From Paraspadella gotoi (Eukaryota > Animalia > Chaetognatha), in NCBI GenBank assembly GCA_051294375.1, contig CM119267.1, forward strand, positions 25,307,783-25,371,782: a DNA stretch of 64,000 nucleotides. The letters run 5' to 3'. The notes under the pieces are model-generated. The model was not told the origin of the DNA. It did not search any database and was given only the letters and a program-made list of their open reading frames with translations. Positions 35,801 to 47,074 of the stretch are shown here, in pieces; the stretch's first letter is position 1; each line of letters begins with the position of its first letter. The translations under genes were made by a program, and so were the position numbers.

Positions 35801-38800
35801 TCCTCACTTTTTTCATTTAATTTTTCTTCGCTGACATTTTTGTTTTCATTTTGTTTTTCTGTTTTTGTATCTTTGTTTTTAAGATTCGGTCATCGTCCGG
35901 ACGTTCTCTCGATTCGACTAAAAAGATAAAAAACACGCTAATGAGCGAGGATAAAAAGAAACCATCACCGGGTCTAAAAAAACTTTTCAAGCAATGCTTG
36001 CGCCGCTTTCGTATACATTCAGTACACCGAGGCTTTTGTAGTATCTTACGTTTTTGTCGTTTAATTACAATACAATAAAAACGTTTAAGGCCACCAACTG
36101 AACAGAAATTCCGGCTTCATAAGATTTTTTTTTTTTACATGGTGTAGAAAAAAAGAAAGGAAAATACTAAGCGCTTAAGGAGTATTCTCACAATCGAATT
36201 GACTAGTACGATTTCAACATATATTAAGTAATTTATTGTTACTTAACAAGAATTAAAAAGTAAAGATTTGAGAAAAAGACTTATATCGGTTTTGTCATGT
36301 TTCCCAAGAAAGTTTTCAACAAATTCTGTTTTGAGAAAAAGCTGAAGAACTTTTTTTGATTTTTACTCTCGCATAAGAAAAAATTTCGATTTTCAGAAAA
36401 AAAGAAAAAAATTAGTTTTGAGGCGTAATAGGCGAAAATGATGATTTATGAACATTAACATCTGAGCAAATCAAGCATTTTTCAAAAACTGGACAAGATC
36501 GTAAAGCGACTATTGAACTTGCTTAATTTAAAAAAACTGGGCAACAATAAAACAAAAGATCCAGCGTGCGTCTTAAAACTAAACAATGGACGCGTGTTCG
36601 ACAATGGCCAATTTTGACTTAATAGAATTTTATGGACGGATAAGAGAGACGATTAACCTTCTTAAACTAGATAAAGTACCTATTTTTTAGATACAAAAAA
36701 CAGCAACGATCACTATAGTAATTTACTCTACTAAGCGGGATTATCTAAATATAAAGTAATTTACATAGAAAATGGTCAGAAAATATTTTTTTTTTTAAAA
36801 TAAAACGAAATAACAAAGCTTGACTGATTCTGGTGGTTAAGCGGAAAAAAGGATAACTCTTAATAAAAAAACTTGAAAACTACAAAAAAGCATTAGTCGA
36901 ATAATCGTCGCATGGATTCAGATAAAAAAAAATTAAACAAAAAGTTGGCATCCAATAGGGATAATAATCAAAGAAAGGAAAGGGACAAACATGATTTAAA
37001 TACGTATAAATACGTAAATTATAATATTACGCAAACTAAACGTAATCTACCTTAAAACAATAATCGTTGAAAAATATCCCTTCGCCTTTCCGACATATGA
37101 AATACAAAATCATCGCAATAAGTCAACGTAAAAATAAATCCATGGCTCGAAACAAAGTTGAAAAAAAAACAAGTGACGAGATAAACGTTGTAGATTCATT
37201 ATTGAGCATTACACCAAATATTATTATCATCGATTGGACGCAAAAAGTGAGGACTTTTGACGCTCGAAATAGAGACGTTGAGGATAAAGAAGCGCAGAGA
37301 AGAGGAAGAGAAGGAATGAGACCAATACGCAAATATTTTTAATTATATTCTTTTAATTTTTCTTATGATCTCCGATTTTCGTAGTGTTTTAATAACATTG
37401 TTTTTTCGGGAAAATAAAATAAATTAAATAAAATAAAATTAGCGGTAGCCGACCAAATTCAAATTTGAATGGGAACAGCATTACTAATTCATTATTGGTA
37501 TTAATTATTGTGATACAATATTTTTTGCAAAAATGTTTCCAACCATGAGTAATTCGTTAATTAAATTTTATATTGCTACATTTTTTTTGAATATTTTTAA
37601 GTTTTTTAATTGTTTAATTGAGCTCCAAAAGTTAAGCAAAAAATATAATTACAACTTTTAAAATTTGATGTTTTATTACTGAAATTAGTAAAACTGAAAA
37701 AATCATCGGATGATGATGATTATTTTTTTAAGGTTTTTCCCAATTTTAACCTACTTATCATCAAAATATTGAAAAAAGAATTATACTTTGTATAGACAAC
37801 TTTCCATAAGCTATCTGAATCTACTTAAAAAAAAAGTTGAGATTTTCCATCTATAAATAAATATTAAAAACTTAATTACTAGTGCTTCAAGCCATTTTAG
37901 AAAATTTGGGTCCATTGAAAGTTTTCTTCAGAAATGTATGAAGTTTTATTTAGAAAGTTCCCAATTCAAACCCAATTCTGACCCCACCCCATTTACAAAG
38001 ATTGGCCCTCGTAAATTATTTCATCAATCAACCAATAAATTCCACTCGGTGGCAGCGGTGAAATTTGAGCCCTTGTCAAAAATCGGCGATCAAGAGAGCT
38101 TACAAGAATGCCAAATAATAATATTTGAGCAGTATGTCTCAAAGAGGAATTAGAGAACGAGGGAAGCGCGAAAGTAAAAATTCTAGAAAAACAAATTTGA
38201 TGAGAAAATCTTTTCAAAAATACTCCGTAGACTTTCGAGCGAGAGAGATTTAAGGATTTGAGCGTTCGTCCAGAGAATCGAGAAAATCGCGAAAGGGGTG
38301 TGGGTAGATGGGGGGAAATTGGGGGTGAAGGTCGAAATGCAAGACATCGGTGGGGGGGGGGAAGATGTATCAATACGATGGAATTATCTCTCGGATTTTT
38401 TTTCTCTTGATTCAAGGACTGAGTATGAGAAGAGAAAGAGCGGGTCATACTCCGCGTATCAAACGACGACCTCGTAAATGGTTCTCTTCCCGCCGACTTT
38501 GGTGGGCTGGCGTTGCGGCGCCGCCACCGGATGATCTTCAGCCGAGTATCCGGAATCGTAGCCATTCATTTCCGGTTTTTTCTCGTAGTCTCCGTCGTAG
38601 TCCAGAATGAAGGGACTCCGCGCCGCCGGAGGTGCGACGTTTCCGCGCCCCGCGCCGGGGCCGCGGAAGGTGCTGCCGTCGACGTTGTCGAGAGAATTGG
38701 AGATTAAGGATTGTAGGAAGAGAGGGGGCGATGGGCGGGTCCGTCCGATGGCCAGTAAATCGGCGGCGCCGTTTGGTCGTCGACGACGTTGACTGGATGC

Positions 38801-41800
38801 GCTGTGAAGGCTCCGTCTCCGCCCTGAAGAATGACGCCACAATGATTTCAAATCAATTAAAATCAAGGGAGTATGGTGGACTAAAATCCACCAACCGTTC
38901 ATCAGTGACCATTGGTGCAAAGGCAGGTCATTCGCCTCCCACCCAAAGGTCCGGGGTTCTAGCCCGGTGGTCGCCTAGCAGTTAAGAGGGACGGGGCGCT
39001 TAACCGCCTGTAACACGGTGTTAACAGCCTGATCCGAAGCTCAGGGCTGCTATATTGAACGGTTCTGTAACTAACACATAACAATTATTACTGTCTCTTT
39101 AGGGCCTTACTTTTATCGATGAGAGAGAGTAGCCCGCGGCGTTGAGCATAGGGTCGTCGAGGTCGATGTGCTCCATGGCGGATTGTCGGCGCCGAAAGGC
39201 GGTTGACGAGCGTGATAGGAAGACGGGCGAACGCGTGAGCGTGTCGTTGTCATAGTCGTTCGCTAATGCCTGGATGCGTAGGATAAAGATTACCTTACCA
39301 TGATGGAAAAAAAATTGTTGCGGTTAGGAAAACTCGTTAATTTCATTATCAAATATATTTCTGGCGGGTAAAAAGGTTTTAATATGTGACACGTCTTCCT
39401 TAGGACTGAATAAAAAGATTATTTTTTCAACCGCATAAAATTATTTAATGCATACAAATACTCCAAAGGAGGTTGCTTTGTACTATTTTTACCTCTTTTG
39501 ATCCAGGGATTACTACTAATATTGTTATATTATATCTTTGGCGTAATATTTTTTATCATATTTGGGGCAAGCAGTAAAAAGATTGATCCTCTATTAAGTA
39601 AATCAAGGTTTGATAACTTTTATGATACTTATAATATAAAAAAAAAATTCTGGAGCATTTACAACAATAATGTATTTTTAATACAACTTTTTTTTGATAT
39701 ATGAATTAAGATTTGTCCCTGAATCTATCCTAATAGAGATGTTGAAATCACCATTTGACATGAGACTGAGGTGATAAATAAATGAGATACAGCTCATATG
39801 AATCACAGAGGCAAAAGTTTTTGTAAGAGATAGATTCTTAGAATAATACTAAATGAGATTAATATTTTATCAAACTCATTTAATATTATTCTAAGAATAT
39901 CTCTTACAGAAACTCTAACCTCTTGTGATTCATATAAGCTGTATCTCATTTATTTCATCAATCTCATTTGCATATAATAGTAAATCATTTTAAATCCAAA
40001 AGATTTTTGTACCGTTTTATTATTAAGCATAGATTTAATTGATTCATAAATAATTTTGTAATAATTTGAATAGAATAATTATTAAGGCGTAGTGAAAGTT
40101 ACATACGAAAATTCTAAAAGTTAATTAAGAACAACATACCATCAGTGAACATTAATTTGTAAAAAAAATTTATTTTATGTTTTTTAATTTTCGCAGTAGG
40201 CTATATTTATATATAGTACTATCCTTATAAAATCGAAAATTTCAAAATAAGCTTTTCTTAATTTTGATTGCAGATTTGAATTCCTCGTCAAAAGTTGATA
40301 AAAGAAAATATAAATCATTTTTAAAAATTCTTTCATTAAGTGGGTTAAAATTTAAAAAAAAACTATATTTAATATATAAAAAGTTAATTTCCAGCTTAAA
40401 ATATAGCTTTTTTTAATTTTTGACCCACTTAATGAATGAATTTTTTAAATTTATTTCATCAACTTTTTATGACGAATCCAAATCTGCAAAAAATCTTAGA
40501 AAAAACTGTTTTGAAATTTAATATTTATTGGTTTAGTACTAGTATAAATATGGCCTACTGCATAAATTGTAAAATCTATTATAAATTTTTTATTACATAA
40601 ATGTTTATTAGTATAATGTTGTTCGTTCTTCACTTTTAGAATTTTAATTAAAGTTATATTTAGGAATTTACTACGCCTTAATAATTATGTCATTAATGAT
40701 TGAGAATTTATCTCTATAGTGGCTGACCTTTTCATAAATCATAAATACTTTATTATTCAAAGGTGAAATCAATGGTCAGCTTGGACCAAGAGCAGTACTC
40801 TCATTAAATTGGTACAAGCAATATAAAAATTATCCATTCATTTAATAAATAAGCTATTTTACCCCTGACTTTGGACAGGCTTTGTGGTTTTAAAGCTTCC
40901 ATCACTTTTACAAGATAAAGACATAGCAGGTCCTTGCAAGCTTTCAATCAAGACTCACACACAGTTGAGTTTATTCACTCCCTGAATACCTGGCTTCCCT
41001 ATCAATGAAGTAGCATGTTTCAAAGTTTTTTTCAATTATATAAAAAGACCGCTCCTTTAGAGTGTTAGAGTGTTAGAGTCCCATATCTGTAAAGTCTTGC
41101 TCAATGTATTAAATGTTGAATATTTGTATTGAATAAATAATAATTATATTTCTCAGAGGAGTATTTAGCCTGCCGTCCAATTCTCCTCTTCTCTTCTTTC
41201 CTCCTCCTCCTGCCCTAAGTATATTTTGTTCTAGCAATACATTCTCTCGTTTTTATTCTTCGCGAAATATACCATTATTTTTCCTCCATTTCTTCACGCC
41301 TTCAATACCCCTCAAGTTTCTATTTATATTAATAAATCTCAGGTAAACTAAAAGGTAGCGCGAGCACTATCACTGAAGATGCAAGCTATAGATAACAGAA
41401 TAGATATAATAATTCATATACACTGATGTCTCATCTCACGTCATCATTCTACTATTACACAATGATTATTGTATTTTTTATTTAATTCTTAAGTTATTTA
41501 CATTCATAAAATGCCGAAAAATAACTGGAAAGTAACCGCGAAAATTTTTTTTTCCAGCATGGTATTATTTTTTTATCATCATCTTTATTATCATTATGAT
41601 TATTTTCTTGTAAGTTTTTTTCTCAAAGTTGGCTTTGCAATGCCTCTGCTTACAATCCTCGTATTCAGAAAAAAAAAAAAACTTTTTCCAGTATTGTTCA
41701 GTTAGTATAACAAAATTAATTTAATTTGCACCATAATATGAAATAGGCCATAATACGGATTGGTTAAAAACCATTTCAGCTATTTCTAATCATATAAGAG

Positions 41801-44800
41801 TAACATTTTTGAAACTTTTAGGAAAAAGAAATGTCCATTTTTGTCCATTTTCACTTTCGTCTTCAAATTTGAATGCCATTGAAAGTTGAGAAAATTTTTT
41901 TATTTTGGAATTCCTTTCTTCCTTATCTTCTTCACCCTTGAGTAAATATCATTCATAGTTCACTTATAAATTAATTTGTAAAAAGCAGAGAAAATATTTC
42001 AGGAATTTCTTTGATTTGGCTCAATGTAAATGCAGAAAAGTAGTGGGAGGGAACATGAATGGGAGAACAAGAAAATGAGAAGGGAGAGAATGAAGAAAGA
42101 AGGGAAAAAAGCATAAAAAAAAGGCAAGGGAGAAAAAAATAGGGAAGTAAAGAAAAGGCGAAAAATAAGGGAAAAAGGAAAGAAAAAGAGGGGGAAAATA
42201 GGGAAAAGAAAAGAAGAGAGAAGGCGAGAAAAAGGATAAAGAAGTCAAATAGTGGCAGAGAAAGGTAGGGTCGTAGAAAAGGTAAGTTACGGCGTGAAAA
42301 GTAGGGAGGAAAGGGGAAGATAAAAATCTTAAAAGCATAAGGATCGTCGCAATCGCAAAAAAAAATCTAGATTGACGACTGTAGTTGGGCATTGCCGAGG
42401 TTCACCCGCTATAAGCATGACTCTTTCAGTTGTGACCTGGTGGCTCATTGAGTAAAGCCATCAGCTCATGACCACTAGGTACCGGGTTCAATCCCAACCT
42501 GGTACCTACCCTGCGGGAAGAGTGAGGACGGCCAAAAGCCGCCTTGGGGGCGTGGCAAACCCTCAAGCCTGTTCCAAGCCCGACCCGTTCCATGTCTGCA
42601 AGAGGGGTTTTAGGAGTTACGTAGGACTAAGCTCTGACGAAAAAAGCCAGAGGTTTTTTTATTATATTCTTTTACCGGTCAATGTAGAATAATGGCAATA
42701 TTGCTATTGTTAAGTTTCAAAAAAATCGCGAATCCTAAATATAGAAAATATTACCAAAACCTTCGGAAAATCACCCCTTCTTTGAAAGATTTTCGCCATA
42801 TAAGATTTTTTCTGAATCTGATCCCGGTTGAAACTCTCAGAATTCCGATCGTTATCTCCTCTTTTACTTTACTTTAAATAAAAATTTCCACCAAAATGGA
42901 CTAATTCACTTTACCATGATCGTATCATATCAAAATAACCTAATAAAATATAAAGAAAAATTTTGAGAGCCCTTGGACACTTTGCCAAAGATTCCAAAGT
43001 TTGGACCTCATTTGTTGACAGGAACATACCTCAGTTACGTTTATTCGTTTTGAAGGAAAAAAATCCCTTTCATTTCTATAATAAAATCAGAGATGGAAAA
43101 TTTTTCCGTCCAGAAGCAGTCTATTTGTTCTGGCTTGTTTGATATCAGAGTGTTGTGATGATTTGACAGAGAAAAAAATGCGAGCCCTTCAGATGCAACA
43201 GATCGGAATCAAGTGTTTTTACATCGATATTTTACCAGAATTTTTACCAGGAGCGTTTATATTGTTTGGTAGTCAGATTTGAACGAAAATCTCATTGAAA
43301 GTCTTTTTTCCCTTATTTTTCGCCTTTTCTTTACTTCCCTATTTTTTTCTCCCTTTGCCTTCTTTTTTATGCTTTTTTCCCTTTCTTTCTCATTCTCTCC
43401 CCTTCTCATTTTCTTGTTCTCCCATTCATGTTCCCTCCCACTACTTTTCTGCATTTACATTGAGCCAAATCAAAGAAATTCCTTAATATGCAATTTCAAC
43501 TATTTTTGTTTAATAAATTATAATAAAAACTAAAGCTGCGACTTTTTGACTTGTCAACTTTAAAATTAATTTATAAGTGAACTATGAATGATATTTACTC
43601 AAGGGTGAAGAAGATAAGGAAGAAAGGAATTCCAAAATAAAAAAATTTTCTCAACTTTCAATGGCATTCAAATTTGAAGACGAAAGTGAAAATGGACAAA
43701 AATGGACATTTCTTTTTCCTAAAAGTTTCAAAAATGTTACTCTTATATGATTAGAAATAGCTTGAAATGGTTTTAACCAATCCGTATTATGGCCTATTTC
43801 ATATTATGGTGCAAATTAAATTAATTTTGTTAATACTAACTGAACAATACTGGAAAAAGTTTTTTTTTTCTGAATACGAGGATTGTAAGCAGAGGCATTG
43901 CAAAGCCAACTTTGAGAAAAAAACTTACAAGAAAATAATCATAATGATAATAAAGATGATGATAAAAAAATAAATACCATGCTGGAAAAAAAAATTTTCG
44001 CGGTTACTTTCCAGTTATTTTTCGGCATTTTAATGTAAGAATTAAAAAAAAAATCAATATCGTGAAATATAGGAGTGAGACTCAGGTTATGAATTATATA
44101 TTATTTGTTACTTGCATCTTCAGTGATAGTGCTCGCGCTACCTTTTTAGTTTACCTGAGATTTATTAATATAAATAGAAACTTGAGGGGTATTGAAGGCG
44201 TGAAGAAATGGAGGAAAAATAATGGTATATTTCGCGAAGAATAAAAACGAGAGAATGTATTGCTAGACAAAATATACTTAGGGGCAGGAGGAGGAGGAAA
44301 GAAGAGGAAGAGGAGAATTGGACGGCAGGCTAAATACTCCTCTGAGAAATATAATTATTATTTATTCAATACAAATATTCAACATTTAATACATTGAGCA
44401 AGGACTTTACAGATATGGGACTCTAACACTAACTCTAACACTCTAAAGGAGCGGTCTTTTTATATAATTGAAAAAAACTTTAAAACATGCTACTTCATTG
44501 ATAGGGAAGCCAGGTATTCAGGGAGTGAATAAACTCAACTGTGTGTGAGTCTTGATTGAAAGCTTGCAAGGACCTGCTATGTCTTTATCTTGTAAAAGTG
44601 ATGGAAGCTTTAAACCAGCAATGCCTGTCCAAAGTCAGGGGTAAAATAGCTTATTTATTAAATGAATGGATAATTTTTATATTGCTTGTACCAATTTAAT
44701 GAGAGTACTGCTCTTGGTCCAAGCTGACCATTGATTTCACCTTTGAATAATAAAGTATTTATGATTTATGAAAAGGTCAGCCACTATAGAGATAAATTCT

Positions 44801-47074
44801 CAATCATTAATGACATAATTATTAAGGCGTAGTAAAATTCCTAAATATAACTTTAATTAAAATTCTAAAAGTGAAGAACGAACAACATTATACTAATAAA
44901 CATTTATGTAATAAAAAAATTTATAATAGATTTTACAATTTATGCAGTAGGCCATATTTATACTAGTACTAAACCAATAAATATTAAAATTTCAAAACAG
45001 TTTTTTCTAAGATTTTTTTGCAGATTTGGATTCGTCATAAAAAAGTTGATGAAAAGAAATAATTCTTTTTAAAAAATTCATTCATTAAGTGGGTCAAAAA
45101 ATAAAAAAGCTATATTTTAAGCTGGAAATTAACTTTTTATATATTTAAATATAGTTTTTTTAAAATTTTAACCCACTTAATGAAAGAATTTTTAAAAATG
45201 ATTTATATTTCTTCTTTATCAACTTTTGACGAGGAATTCAAATCTGCAATCAAAATTAAGAAAAGCTTATTTTGAAATTTTTCGATTTTATAAGGATAGT
45301 ACTATAATATAAATATAGCTACTGCGAAAATTAAAAACATAAAATAAATTTTTTTACAAATTAATGTTCACTGATGGTATGTTTGTTCTTAATTAACTTT
45401 TAGAATTTTCGTATGTAACTTTCACTCGCCTTAATAATTATTCTATCAAATTATTAACAAAATTATTTATGAACTCAATTAAATCTATGCTTAATAATAA
45501 AACGGTACAAAAATCTTTTGGATTTAAAATGATTTACTATTATATGCAAATGAGATTGATGAAATAAATGAGATACAGCTTATATGAATCACAAGAGGTT
45601 AGAGTTTCTGTAAGAGATATTCTTAGAATAATATTAAATGAGTTTGATAAAATATTAATCTCATTTAGTATTATTCTAAGAATCTATCTCTTACAAAAAC
45701 TTTTGCCTCTTGTGATTCATATGAGCTGTATCTCATTTATTTTATCACTCTCAGTCTCATGTCAAATGGTGATTTCAACATCTCTATTAGGATAGATTCA
45801 GGGACAAATCTTAATTCATATATCAAAAAAAAGTTGTATTAAAAATACATTATTGTTGTAAATGCTCCAGAATTTTTTTTTTATATTATAAAGTATCAAT
45901 AAAAGTTATCAAACCTGATTTACTTAATAGAGGATCAATCTTTTTTACTGCTTGCCCCAAATATGATAAAAAATATTACGCCAAAGATATAATATTAACA
46001 ATATTAGTAGTAATCCCCTGGATCAAAAGAGGTAAAAATAGTACAAAGCAACCTCCTTTGGGAGTATTTGTATGCATTAAATAATTTTATGCGGTTGAAA
46101 AATAATCTTTTTATTCAGTCCTAAGGAAGACGTGTCACATATTAAAACCTTTTTACCCGCCAGAAATATATTTGATAATGAAATTAACCGAGTTTTCCTA
46201 ACCGCAACAATTTTTTTTCCATCATGGTAAGGTAATCTTTATCCTACGCATCCAGGCATTAGCGAACGACTATGACAACGACACCGCTCACCGCGTTCGC
46301 CCGTCTTCCTATCACGCTCGTCAACCGCCTTTCGGCGCCGACAATCCCGCCATGGAGCACATCGACCTCGACGACCCTATGCTCAACGCCGCGGGCTACT
46401 CTCTCTCATCGATAAAAGTAAGGCCCTAAAGAGACAGTAATAATTGTTATGTGTTAGTTACAGAACCGTTCAATATAAGCAGTCCCTGAGCTTCGGATCA
46501 GGCTGTAACACCGTGTTACAGGCGGGTTAAGCGCCCCGTCCCTCTTAACTGCTAGGCGACCACCGGGCTAGAACCCCGGACCTTTGGGTTGGGAGGCGAA
46601 TGACCTGCCTTTGGCACCAATGGTCACTGATGAACGGTTGGTGGATTTTAGTCCACCATACTCCCTTGATTTTAATTGATTTGAAATCATTGTGGCGTCA
46701 TTCTTCAGGGCGGAGACGGAGCCTTCACAGCGCATCCAGTCAACGTCGTCGACGACCAAACGGCGCCGCCGATTTACTGGCCATCGGACGGACCCGCCCA
46801 TCGCCCCCTCTCTTCCTACAATCCTTACATCTCCAATTCTCTCGACAACGTCGACGGCAGCACCTTCCGCGGCCCCGGCGCGGGGCGCGGAAACGTCGCA
46901 CCTCCGGCGGCGCGGAGTCCCTTCATTCTGGACTACGACGGAGACTACGAGAAAAAACCGGAAATGAATGGCTACGATTCCGGATACTCGGCTGAAGATC
47001 ATCCGGTGGCGGCGCCGCAACGCCAGCCCACCAAAGTCGGCGGGAAGAGAACCATTTACGAGGTCGTCGTTTGA
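8881..47074 (+). CDS. Ig-superfamily single-pass adhesion receptor (about 7 Ig + FN3 + TM), echinoid/nephrin-like; exons 8881-9015, 10567-10716, 15043-15141, 15249-15446, 15747-15943, 16889-17702, 17832-18737, 26293-26640, 46256-46417, 46709-47074
   Basis: Signal peptide MTQRISLVFLVLFL; repeated C..W..GxYxC Ig motifs; FN3 (PPTNF...VTLRWRAGFNGG...GLKPDQRYDL); TM followed by CCCCC and a basic stretch; cytoplasmic tail ending KRTIYEVVV*. Splice phases are compatible. Linking the last two exons across the rearranged region is inferred. Confidence 0.8.
9057..10530 (+). mobile_element. DINE-1/HINE-like element, interrupted by other inserts
   Basis: Same ends as 6195-6938, with foreign sequence at about 9195-10000. 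Confidence 0.6.
13122..13680 (+). repeat. 18-bp minisatellite (cataatttggtcaactgg)
   Basis: About 30 tandem units; they produce the spurious (QLTKLC)n ORFs. Confidence 0.9.
14682..14724 (+). ncRNA. Minimal type I hammerhead ribozyme (Penelope-like)
   Basis: GACG CUGAAGA A GGCUU guaacua AAGCC GAAA CAUG UA^ CGUC: intact core, helix II, 4-bp helix I, and helix III reduced to a palindromic CAUG loop. Confidence 0.75.
16019..16875 (+). mobile_element. DINE-1/HINE-like element
   Basis: Full-length copy with both ends. Confidence 0.65.
19476..19537 (+). mobile_element. Deleted fragment of the E3 LTR element (internal repeat joined to LTR 3' end)
   Basis: acgataaacgcctatgcccctggggtacgc + tgggcatcacaggcaacccggctgttgccata, matching 34176-34201 and the LTR end. 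Confidence 0.75.
19627..22293 (-). mobile_element. DINE-1/HINE-like element with a ~1.4-kb nested insertion (about 20599-21990)
   Basis: Both family ends are present; the sequence resumes at tttaaactcatttccac after the insert. Confidence 0.6.
22338..22379 (-). ncRNA. Minimal type I hammerhead ribozyme, helix I mismatch
   Basis: AACG CUGAUGA A GGCUU gaauca AAGCC GAAA CAUG UA^ AGUU; same family as 14682-14724. Confidence 0.6.
24531..24567 (+). ncRNA. Degenerate minimal hammerhead motif
   Basis: CUGAUGA A GACUC gcaaccaua GAUUC GAAA CAUG UC; helix I is lost. A partial inverted copy lies at about 23829-23853. Confidence 0.4.
24837..25617 (+). mobile_element. DINE-1/HINE-like element
   Basis: Both ends plus a (gtcc)n microsatellite. 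Confidence 0.65.
28385..28620 (+). repeat. Pyrimidine-rich ~15-bp tandem repeat (ttctttctttccttt-type)
   Basis: Visible tandem array. Confidence 0.8.
30334..30593 (+). mobile_element. Family E2 short element: tRNA-like head + twister ribozyme (duplicate at about 42378-42634)
   Basis: Flanking direct repeat TGACGA (30328-30333, 30594-30599); A box tggctcattga, B box ggttcaatccc and ctcatga anticodon-like loop at 30391-30461. Confidence 0.7.
30469..30547 (+). ncRNA. Twister ribozyme, type P5 (family E2); second copy 42513-42588
   Basis: GCGGG aa GAGU GA GGA CGGCCA A^AA GCC GC CUUGGGGG..CCCUCAAG CCUGG UUCC AA GC CCAGG a CCCGU; T1 = GGA/UCC. Confidence 0.7.
32704..35838 (-). pseudogene. GRWD1: Inverted, frameshift-ridden duplicate of GRWD1 exons 1-6 (probable assembly artefact)
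   Basis: Mirror of 49736-52915 with many 1-bp indels. Confidence 0.75.
33917..34560 (+). mobile_element. Gap-free mirror copy of the two-LTR E3 element (LTR1 33917-34130, internal 34131-34318, LTR2 34319-34560)
   Basis: TSD GACT at 33913-33916 and 34561-34564; TGG-starting PBS-like tggtgagccc at 34132; a twister in each LTR. Confidence 0.8.
38459..39270 (-). pseudogene. Inverted duplicate of the last two exons of the Ig receptor, with an E1 element (38872-39101) in the intron
   Basis: Mirror of 46256-47074; ends ...KRTIYEVVV*. Confidence 0.75.
40806..41030 (+). repeat. Unclassified interspersed repeat (also about 44470-44700 reverse complement and 63412-63625)
   Basis: aaattggtacaagcaatataaaaattatccattc...gcaagctttcaatcaagactc recurs in a striatin intron. 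Confidence 0.7.
44826..45430. mobile_element. MITE with GGCGTAGT TIR and TTAA flanks (Kolobok-like); mirror at 40086-40677
   Basis: ttaa|ggcgtagt ... cactcgcc|ttaa with a palindromic interior; independent copy at 53361-53963. Confidence 0.65.
46428..46660 (-). mobile_element. Family E1 short element: hairpin + tRNA(Gly)-like head + twister ribozyme
   Basis: tRNA-like 46556-46627 (acceptor gtgacca/tggtcgc, A box tggtgccaaagg, tcgcctccca loop, B box ggttctagccc); enclosing stem aaccgttca/tgaacggtt. Confidence 0.75.
46479..46552 (-). ncRNA. Twister ribozyme, type P5 (family E1); mirror at 38978-39050
   Basis: GCAGUU aa GAGG GA CGG GGCGCU U^AA CCC GC CUGUAACA cgg UGUUACAG CCUGA UCCG AA GC UCAGG GACUGC. 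Confidence 0.8.

Noticed and set aside
32704-39270. Genuine paralogs of GRWD1 and the Ig-gene tail
   Set aside because: Near-identical including introns, differing mainly by 1-bp indels and adjoining a scaffold gap; more likely an artefact.
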